From assembly GCA_947647595.1 (NCBI GenBank), contig CANSKZ010000007.1, positions 1,229 through 65,228 of the forward strand: 64,000 nt of DNA. Direction: 5' to 3'. Position 1 is the stretch's first letter. The number at the start of each line of letters is the position of its first letter. Below, piece after piece: positions 56,341 to 64,000 of the stretch. The notes beneath the pieces were generated by a model. That model searched no databases and was not told the origin of the DNA. It saw nothing but the letters and a program-made list of their open reading frames with translations. This DNA comes from an uncultured Clostridium sp. GTDB lineage: Bacteria > Bacillota > Clostridia > TANB77 > CAG-508. The position numbers and the translations under genes are program-made.

Positions 56341-58296
56341 TTACTCCTTCTCTCCTTCTTCCACTAATTCAAAATCAATGCGTCTCAATAATTTGCTTGC
56401 TTCCATGACTCGAATTTTCACTGGATCACCAATTTTAAAAACTCGATTGGTATGCTCTCCCATAAGTTGTTTTTTGTTTTCATCATAAATATAATATTCT
56501 TTGCCCATATTTTCAAAGCGAATCAAGCCTTCTACTGTATTTTCAAGTTCTGCAAACATGCCAAAAGGCGTAATCGAAGAAATAATGGCTTCATATTCCT
56601 CGCCAATTTTATCTTCCATAAATTCTGCCTTTTTGATGCTTTCTGCTTCTCGTTCCGCCTTTGTTGCAATCGTTTCACATTCCGATGAACTTTTAGCATA
56701 TTTTTCGCTATCTGCTTCAAATTGTGCTTTTAAGTTTTCGTCTGCTTCGCTATATTCCGAAATCATTCTGTGAATGAACAAATCTGGATACCTTCGAATT
56801 GGAGACGTAAAATGACAATAAAACTTGCTTGCAATCCCAAAATGTCCTTGATTTTGATTCTCGTATTTTGCCAGTTTTAAAGTTCTCAATAGCAAATTCG
56901 AAACAACTTTTTCTTCTGGTTTTCCTTTAACTTCTGCCAAAACTTTTGCAAATTCCGTTGGATGAACGGTTTCTTGATTGATATGAATTTTCAAGCCAAA
57001 ATTCCACAAAAATTTATTTAATTCCTTCACTTTATCCAAATCTGGTTCTTCATGCACACGATAAATAAACGGAAAATCCAACCAATAAAACTTTTCCGCA
57101 ATGGTTTCATTCGCTGTCAACATAAATTGTTCAATTATTTCGTGAGCAAATGTCGTCTCATACTTTTGAATTTGGATAGCTCGTCCTTTTTCATCCAATG
57201 TAATTTTGCTTTCTGGAATATCTAAATTCAAATACCCATCTTTCATACGTCGGTTTTTCAAAACATGTGCCAATTCTTCCATCAATTTAAAATCGGAAAC
57301 ATATTTCTCATATTTTTTCACAATTTTCTCGTCCGAATTGGTGATGATTTTATTAACATCCGTGTAACTCATTCTTTCTGTTACACGAATCACGGACTTA
57401 TAAACATCAGAAGCAATGACTTTTCCTTTCTCGTCGATTTCCATCAAACAAGAAAGCGCAAATCGGTCTTGCCCAGCATTTAAACTACAAATTCCATTGG
57501 AAAGTTCAAAAGGAAGCATCGGAATCACACGGTCAAACATATAAACACTTGTCCCTCTAAAAACTGCTTCATTGTCCAAATTAGAACCTTTTTTGACATA
57601 ATAACTAACATCCGCAATATGGACATCCAATAAATAATTTCCACTTTTGTTTTTACCAATCCAAACCGCATCATCTAAATCCTTGGCATCTTCGCCATCA
57701 ATGGTAAAAATATTCATCTCTTTTTGACGCAAATCCACACGATTTTTGATATCTTTCTCCAAAATCGTTTGTGGAATTTTTCTAGCTTCTTTCAAAACTG
57801 GTTCTGGAAATTCATTCGGTAAATCAAATTCTTTTATCACAGACAACATATCAATTCCCGCCTGATTCACATTTCCCAAAACCTCTACAATTTTACCTTC
57901 TGCATTTTTTCCTTTTTCAGGATATTTTAATATTTCTACTACTACTTTATCTTGATTTTTTGCTTTTTGGCAATTGCTTTTTGAGATAAAAATATCCGTA
58001 TTAAACTTTTTGTCATCTGGAACCACAAATCCAAAATTTTTGCTTTTTTGAAACGTTCCTACTACCGATTCTTTTTCACGTTTTAATACTTTTAGAATTT
58101 TGCCTTCTGCTCTTTTCTCAGCCTTTTTTGCCACAATTATTTTTATTTCAACCGTATCCCCATTTAGCGCTGTTCCCACGAAATGAGAAGGAATAAAAAT
58201 ATCTTCTTTTTCCTTCTCTTCTAATTCTACAAATCCAAATCCTTTTTCATTGGCTCGAAAAATTCCAATGATTTTTTGCTTTTTCTTTTTTCCCAT
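56341..58296 (-). CDS. rnr: ribonuclease R
   Basis: Start at ATG 58296 (MGKKKKQKIIG...); cold-shock/OB N-domains, RNB catalytic domain, C-terminal S1 (GMFAELEN...GLIRF); secG just upstream as in Bacillus. Confidence 0.85.
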   Translation of the reverse strand: MGKKKKQKIIGIFRANEKGFGFVELEEKEKEDIFIPSHFVGTALNGDTVEIKIIVAKKAEKRAEGKILKVLKREKESVVGTFQKSKNFGFVVPDDKKFNTDIFISKSNCQKAKNQDKVVVEILKYPEKGKNAEGKIVEVLGNVNQAGIDMLSVIKEFDLPNEFPEPVLKEARKIPQTILEKDIKNRVDLRQKEMNIFTIDGEDAKDLDDAVWIGKNKSGNYLLDVHIADVSYYVKKGSNLDNEAVFRGTSVYMFDRVIPMLPFELSNGICSLNAGQDRFALSCLMEIDEKGKVIASDVYKSVIRVTERMSYTDVNKIITNSDEKIVKKYEKYVSDFKLMEELAHVLKNRRMKDGYLNLDIPESKITLDEKGRAIQIQKYETTFAHEIIEQFMLTANETIAEKFYWLDFPFIYRVHEEPDLDKVKELNKFLWNFGLKIHINQETVHPTEFAKVLAEVKGKPEEKVVSNLLLRTLKLAKYENQNQGHFGIASKFYCHFTSPIRRYPDLFIHRMISEYSEADENLKAQFEADSEKYAKSSSECETIATKAEREAESIKKAEFMEDKIGEEYEAIISSITPFGMFAELENTVEGLIRFENMGKEYYIYDENKKQLMGEHTNRVFKIGDPVKIRVMEASKLLRRIDFELVEEGEKE

Positions 58297-58358
58297 GTTC
58301 TTTTCCTTTTCTATAAATAAAGCTAAGGACACGATAAATCGTGTCCTTTGTCTTTTTA

Positions 58359-58607
58359 TTACATAACATATAAAATATCTAAAACAAGTGTTAATACAAC
58401 AAAAACAATCATTAGTCCAATTGTCGTTCTTTTCATCTTTCCTTCGGTTGTTCTGCCTTTGTTTTTTTCATAAAAATTATTTGCTCCAGCTCCCATAACG
58501 GTTCCAGATGCTCCATTATCTTCTTTTGATTGCTTTAAGATTAACACAATTAAGACAATACACACAATAAAATAGATTCCTGTTATGATATTTTTGGCTA
58601 TTTCCAT
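58359..58607 (-). CDS. secG: preprotein translocase subunit SecG
   Basis: 82 aa; two TM helices with Gly-rich loop (GASGTVMGAGANNF). Confidence 0.65.
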   Translation of the reverse strand: MEIAKNIITGIYFIVCIVLIVLILKQSKEDNGASGTVMGAGANNFYEKNKGRTTEGKMKRTTIGLMIVFVVLTLVLDILYVM

Positions 58608-58693
58608 TTAATTTAATCCTCCATTTTCTTCCATTTCATCAATTGTTTTCTATTATAACATGTTTTTTATAAAAAAGCAAGCCTTTTTATTCA

Positions 58694-59698
58694 TTATGGT
58701 AATAATGAACATTCGATATTTGTTTTACCACTTAATTCTCCGTTTTTATATTTAATTAAACTAATGGATGGCTCTCCTTCATATTTGGGTATTTCTAGTA
58801 AAATTTCCATCACACCATCATTATCTACATCTAATATGTTCACATTTTCCAAACTTAAATAATATTCTGCATTGGTCGTTTGGTTCCATTTGGATTTTTC
58901 AATATAGGCTAAATTATCCATTAATTTTCCCATGCTATCATATAACGATATTTTTGAATATCCTGTCGCTTTATTGGCTAGAATGATAATATATTCATCC
59001 GTTCCATTTTTATCTAAATCAGTTGTAATTGTCTTTATTGTGTCATATTCTTCTTGCAATTTTGGATTATTTTCTGAGACAATGACTGGTAAATAACTTT
59101 TGGTATCAATCATGCCTGTAATGGCTTCATATTTTTCTGAAATAGCAACTTTTCCAACATTTCCAATTTTGACTAAATTTTCATAATTAGAATTAGAAAG
59201 TAACCCTAATGTATAATCGCGAAATGCAAAATTTTCATAATTATAATAAGTAATTACATATTTATCTTTATCATTGCTTGCATTATCAATATATTTTAGT
59301 TCAACTTCACCCATTTGGCTTGTATCTAAAATAAGTCCATTATATAAAACAATTAGATTTTCATTTGATATTTTTCTTGTATTCGCATCTGTCGCATTAA
59401 TGGTTGGATTATTGGTTACATTAGCATTTGAAACAACACTATCTATAAGATTTGCAAGCGTTTCTCTTTCTGTTTCATTGACAACTTCATTCTTGACATC
59501 TTTTCCATATTCCGATAAATTCATCATATAATAAATTAATATTGCATTTCCAATAATTAAAACAACAATAATCATCAAACACACATTGCCAAGCTTTTGA
59601 AAATCAATTTTGTCTTCTGCTTCGTGTTCTTGTTTTTTATCCTCTTTTGTATCTTTCATTACTTCCTCCATAAAATTTCTCTTTTTATTGTAGCACAA
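58694..59698 (-). CDS. hypothetical membrane-anchored protein
   Basis: 334 aa; single N-terminal TM (VCLMIIVVLIIGNAILIYYMM) then extracytoplasmic domain. Confidence 0.4.
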   Translation of the reverse strand: MCYNKKRNFMEEVMKDTKEDKKQEHEAEDKIDFQKLGNVCLMIIVVLIIGNAILIYYMMNLSEYGKDVKNEVVNETERETLANLIDSVVSNANVTNNPTINATDANTRKISNENLIVLYNGLILDTSQMGEVELKYIDNASNDKDKYVITYYNYENFAFRDYTLGLLSNSNYENLVKIGNVGKVAISEKYEAITGMIDTKSYLPVIVSENNPKLQEEYDTIKTITTDLDKNGTDEYIIILANKATGYSKISLYDSMGKLMDNLAYIEKSKWNQTTNAEYYLSLENVNILDVDNDGVMEILLEIPKYEGEPSISLIKYKNGELSGKTNIECSLLP

Positions 59699-59738
59699 TG
59701 TTCTTAAAAATAAAACACTTTTTTAAAAAAATTTATAT

Positions 59739-60317
59739 TCACAACAAAATTGGTCCGATTTGCTCCCCTTCTAATGCATATTCCAATGTTTTCACAATAT
59801 ACTTGAAATCGCATACAATCGAACGTGGCTTCGTAATCGGATTATCTTGTTTAAATGGAACAAAATAATAATTTCTTCGGTTCAACAATCTTCCAATATT
59901 TTCAGCCGCACCACTTAATCCATTATTGGTACTAATTCCAATCACAACTGGTCGATCCACTCTTAGCTGTGATTTGACTGCCATTGTAACAGGCGTATCA
60001 ATAATATCATAACTAAGTTTTGCAATCGTATTTCCAGAACATGGCGCAACAATTAAAACATCAAACATTTTTTTCGGACCAATCGGTTCTGCTGCTTGAA
60101 TTGTATGAATGATTTTATTTCCCGTCAAATCCTCGATTTCTTGAATAAAATCTTCTGCTTTTCCAAATTTTGTATCCAACTGATAGCTGTTAAAAGATAG
60201 AATTGGAAAAACATTTGCACCCATTTTTACTAAATTTTCCATTTCATTAATGGTGGTACGAAACGTACAAAATGAACCTGTTAATGCATAGCCAATATTT
60301 TTTCCTGCTAAATCCAA
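59739..60317 (-). CDS. dpaB: dipicolinate synthase subunit B (SpoVFB/DpaB)
   Basis: 192 aa; GKNIGYALTGSFCTF, EIEDLTG, EPIGPK, DVLIVAPCSGNTIAKLS, RPVVIGISTNN align closely with B. subtilis SpoVFB. Confidence 0.75.
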   Translation of the reverse strand: MDLAGKNIGYALTGSFCTFRTTINEMENLVKMGANVFPILSFNSYQLDTKFGKAEDFIQEIEDLTGNKIIHTIQAAEPIGPKKMFDVLIVAPCSGNTIAKLSYDIIDTPVTMAVKSQLRVDRPVVIGISTNNGLSGAAENIGRLLNRRNYYFVPFKQDNPITKPRSIVCDFKYIVKTLEYALEGEQIGPILL

Positions 60318-60441
60318 AACATAACCTCCTTTTCTATTTTAAAGAATTTTTTTGCCTAAGTATGACAAAATTTTCCTTATTATATTTTATGAGATTATGT
60401 CAATTTCGTTTCGATTTTTGGGGAAAAATTAAAATCTCCTT

Positions 60442-60867
60442 TTAAACCGTTTCTTTTTTACGAGCTTTACTTGTTTGCACGCATGCTATGTACAATAAAA
60501 TAAAGTTTCCAAATAAGAACACAAAATAAGCCTTCGCAACAGGTGTCGCAGTTTTTACACCTTCAACATTAGCATATAATTTTTCATTAAACAAATAGGC
60601 TTTTACCTTTTTTCCTTTTGGATAAGCACTTGCACTATGTGCATTTCCTAATTCATAATTTTGACCATTGTATTCTACTTCTACTTTATAAAAATTTGTC
60701 CTTGATTTTGTTTTCTTATTAACGACTTGTTCTACTTTCGAACTTAAAACCGTTGCTTCCACTTCTTCATATTGTAATTCCACTTCATTCATCTTAAACC
60801 ATAACACTACAGTTGCCACAATACAAGCAATAAATGCAATCCATAAAATAATAACTCTTTTTTTCAT
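60442..60867 (-). CDS. hypothetical membrane protein
   Basis: 141 aa; N- and C-terminal TM helices. Confidence 0.35.
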   Translation of the reverse strand: MKKRVIILWIAFIACIVATVVLWFKMNEVELQYEEVEATVLSSKVEQVVNKKTKSRTNFYKVEVEYNGQNYELGNAHSASAYPKGKKVKAYLFNEKLYANVEGVKTATPVAKAYFVFLFGNFILLYIACVQTSKARKKETV

Positions 60868-61057
60868 ATTTCTTCTCCTTTAAAAAAATTCTTTCTATTT
60901 TTTTATTATATCATATTTCTCTTTTTTTTGACAATAGCCGAAAAACAATTTTACTGCCTTACACTTTAAGTTTTTCAAAAAGTAAAAATCAAATTCAAAT
61001 TTTGCTTGCCTTTTTTTCAAAAATCCGATATAATTTTATGGCAAGGGAGGTTATAAT

Positions 61058-61620
61058 ATGGAAAAAATCGTGATTGCTACACGAAATGATGGAAAACTTG
61101 CTATGATTAAAGAACTTTTACCAAATTTTCGTATTCTTTCTTTAAACGATTTAGAATATTTTGTAGAACCTGAAGAAACTGGCGAAACTTTTGAAGAAAA
61201 TGCGATTTTAAAAGCCAAATTTTATCATGAAAATTTAAATGAAATTTGTATTGCTGATGATGCTGGCATCTGTGTCCCCGTTTTAAATAATTTTCCAGGC
61301 GTTCGCACAAAACGCTGGTTCAAACGGAAGTGACCGTGAACGAAACCTAGCACTTATTGATAAATTAAAAGATTTTGAAAAAACAGACCGCAAAGTTAAT
61401 TTTATCACAGCCATTGCTATTGCTATCAATGGCACTGTTATTGTGGAAACAGAGATTCTTTCTGGTTATATTACTGATAAACCTCGTGGAGATAATGGAT
61501 TTGGCTTTGACGAGATTTTTGAATTAGAAAATGGAAAAACCTTAGCAGAACTTACTTTTGAAGAAAAATTAGAAATCAGTGCTCGAAGAAAAGCTTTGGA
61601 AAAAATAAAGAAATATTTAT
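61058..61620 (+). CDS. rdgB: non-canonical purine NTP pyrophosphatase (RdgB/HAM1 family), split by frameshift near 61311-61317
   Basis: N-part MEKIVIATRNDGKLAMIKELL...TFEENAILKAKFYHE...ADDAGICVPVLNNFPGV; second frame continues ...SNGSDRERNLALIDKL...RKVNFITAIAIA...PRGDNGFGFDEIF...EEKLEISARRKALEKIKKYL. Confidence 0.7.
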
Positions 61621-61638
61621 AAAAATTATGGGGAAAGG

Positions 61639-61920
61639 TTAACTCTTTCCCCATAATTTTTTCTTTTTCGCCACCTTATCGACCTCTATTAGTTCTTTGT
61701 AGAATTGAATTTTCTTCTCTTCCATTTGAACATATTTTTTTAGTTCTTCCAAAGAATTCGCGTTACGAATTTGCGAAAAAGTTACAATTTCTTTTGGTCT
61801 TTCCAGCCACTCTAAAATGACTGCTGGTTTTCTGTCAGAAAGTTCAGCAATTATTGCTTCGCCGTCTTCTCTTCCTGCAAAAAACAATTTTAAACCTTCT
61901 TCGAGCCGTTCTTTTTCCAT
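61639..61920 (-). CDS. hypothetical protein
   Basis: 93-aa ORF. Confidence 0.3.
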   Translation of the reverse strand: MEKERLEEGLKLFFAGREDGEAIIAELSDRKPAVILEWLERPKEIVTFSQIRNANSLEELKKYVQMEEKKIQFYKELIEVDKVAKKKKLWGKS

Positions 61921-61991
61921 ATTTTTTTCCTCCAGATTTCTATTTTTTTATATTTTCATTATACCATATTATGTTAATTTTGTCAATATTT

Positions 61992-63808
61992 TTAGAAAAA
62001 CCTCTCAAATTCTTCACTCGAAATTTTTTCTTTCTCTAACAAAACATTCGCCACTTTGTCTAAAATATCCATATTATCACGTAAAATTCGTTGTGCTGTG
62101 ACATAAGCATTTTCAATTAAAACTTGGATTTGATTGCCGACTTCATCAATAACTTTTTCTCCAAAAATCTGAAGCTCGTATGGGTCATCTACTTTTAAAG
62201 AAATTGGTCCTAATTTATCATCCATACCATAAATCGTTAGCATATCTTTGGCAATTCCTGTAGCTACTTCAATATCGTTGCTCGCTCCTGTTGAAATTTC
62301 ATTTAAAGCAATCTTTTCAGCAGCTCTTCCGCCCATTAATGCCACCATTTTTTCCAGTAATTCTGTTTTAGAAATATAAAATTTATCTTCATTGGTTTTA
62401 TACATTGTATAACCACCTGCTGCACCTCTTGGAATAATGGAAACTTCTTTGACATCTGTTTGCGTTTCTAAAAATTTGCTCACAACTGCATGTCCCGCTT
62501 CGTGATAAGCTGTTAATTTTTATCTTTATCTGAAATCACACGATTCGTCTTTTCTAAACCAACTGTGACTTTTTTCACGGCATTTTCCACATCGTCATTC
62601 GTAATAGCATTGTGATTTTCTCGTGTTGCAATAATGGCCGCTTCATTTAAAATATTGGCTAATTCTGCTCCTGTAAATCCTGCTGTATCTCCTGCAATGG
62701 AACGAAAATCAACATCATCTGCAAACTTTTTATTTTCACTGTGCAATTTTAATATGGCTTCTCTTCCGTTTAAATCTGGTGTTGGAATGGTAATTTGTCT
62801 GTCAAATCGTCCTGGACGAAGCAATGCTTTATCTAGCATTTCTGGTCGGTTGGTAGCAGCAAGAACAATGATGGTTTCTTCTGTTTCAAATCCATCCATT
62901 TCTACTAATAATTGATTTAACGTTTGATTATTTTCTGTTTCCGCCCCACTACTACTCGTTCTTCTAGCACCAATCGCATCAATTTCATCAATAAAAATAA
63001 TCGCTGGTGACATTTTTTTTGCTTTATCAAATAACTTTCGAACCCTAGATGCACCAAGTCCTGCAAACATTTCAATAAATTCAGAACCACTCATCGAAAT
63101 AAACGGAACGCCAGCTTCTCCCGCAATGGCTTTGGCAATTAAAGTTTTACCCGTTCCTGGTTTTCCATATAATAAAATTCCTCTTGGAATCTTCGCTCCC
63201 ATATCCAAATAAGCTTGTGGTTTTTTTAGAAAATCAACAATTTCAATTAATTCGCCTTTTTCCTCATCCAAGCCTGCAATGTCTTTAAATCTGACATCTG
63301 TTTTTTTATTGCTTTCTCCACCATAAACTTTGTCTTTATCACCACCAAATCCTTGCATTTTGAAAATCATAAGCATTAAGGCAACTAATAAAATGGTTGG
63401 TAAAAGTGAAAATAATGTTTCTGCAATTTTCAAAAATTGATTGGTACTTTCTTGGATTAATTCAATTTCTAATCCTTTTTCATCTACTTTGGTTTGTACT
63501 AATTCGATAAATGCTTGGGTACTTGGAACAATCACTCTTTTTTGTCTGTCTTTTTCATTTTCCTCAGTCCCTTCTTGTCCGTCTAAAGTTTTGTACGTAA
63601 CCGTTACGGTTGTACTTCCTGTTGTCATTTTAATTTTTTCGATTTCTCCTTCATTGATATCTTTGATTAATTCTGTATAAGCCAGCTCTTTATCTTCTTG
63701 TTTTTGCTTTCCAAAATAAACCATTCCCACAATGGCAACAATTACTAATATCGAACTTATGATATAAAATATCATTTTGCTTTTTTTGTTTTCTTTATTT
63801 TCTTTCAT
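61992..63808 (-). CDS. ftsH: ATP-dependent zinc metalloprotease FtsH, split by homopolymer frameshift at 62517-62521
   Basis: N-part TM plus AAA (GILLYGKPGTGKT, IIFIDEIDA); the HEAGHA zinc motif (KLTAYHEAGHAVVSKFL) is readable only in a third frame across the junction; C-part peptidase M41. Confidence 0.85.
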
Positions 63809-63822
63809 ATTGACTCCTTTCG

Positions 63823-64000
63823 TTATATTTCTGAACCGTCTGGTTCGTCCTTACTGACGCTTCCTTCTGGCTTTTCCTCTTTTGGTTTATCTTCTTTTTC
63901 TGGCTTTTTATTTTCCTTTTTATCTTCTTCTTCAGAATCTTTTAATTCTTCATGAACTTGTTTTTGAACTTCTACAATTTTAGTAAGCTCGATTTGTTGT
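63823..64000 (-). CDS. hypothetical protein, C-terminal acidic/Lys-rich tail (gene continues beyond window end)
   Basis: Open frame ...QKQVHEELKDSEEEDKKENKKPEKEDKPKEEKPEGSVSKDEPDGSEI* ending at 63823. Confidence 0.3.
   Translation of the reverse strand, partial: QQIELTKIVEVQKQVHEELKDSEEEDKKENKKPEKEDKPKEEKPEGSVSKDEPDGSEI

Overview
This is a low-GC (roughly 30% GC by eye) chromosome segment from an endospore-forming Firmicute. The spore-former call rests on sigK, spo0A, dpaB and ytfJ/gerW all being present. Everything below was read by hand from the six-frame ORF track and the raw sequence; no searches were run.

Core housekeeping genes occupy about 20.8-33 kb and 42-64 kb. They are a tRNA-Met/tRNA-Tyr pair, a birA-like ligase, two DUF881 paralogs, divIB/ftsQ, murA, topB, a two-component system, deoD, spo0A, rpmB, smpB, a HIT protein, RNase P RNA, recG, ytfJ, scpA, a GH2 glycosidase, rlmD, rnr, secG, dpaB, rdgB and ftsH.

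The left third (about 3.4-20.5 kb) is an accessory, mobile-element-rich region. A complete roughly 8.2 kb Tn4451-like mobilisable element (TnpV, MobV relaxase, large serine recombinase, 13-15 bp imperfect terminal inverted repeats) sits nested inside a DinD-like gene. It carries peptide deformylase, aminopeptidase C and a YhcG-type nuclease. That gene belongs to a second element of the same kind: serine recombinase, TnpV, MobC plus relaxase, and cargo hydrolases.

The most interesting locus is a compact minus-strand operon at about 33.0-37.8 kb. It reads 44-aa peptide, hairpin, HPr-kinase-like protein, PqqD-type RRE, ABC exporter, PF14907-like nucleotidyltransferase, then acyl-ACP thioesterase. 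It has RiPP architecture but no lasso cyclase, protease or radical-SAM enzyme. It is a candidate for an uncharacterised class of phosphorylated/nucleotidylated (possibly acylated) peptide.

At least ten otherwise conserved genes are split by single-base indels. Seven, possibly eight, of these (rdgB is uncertain) are an extra C inserted 5' of a G that creates a CpG, usually before a Gly codon. I think this is most likely systematic sequencing or assembly error, but the pattern is recurrent enough to report.
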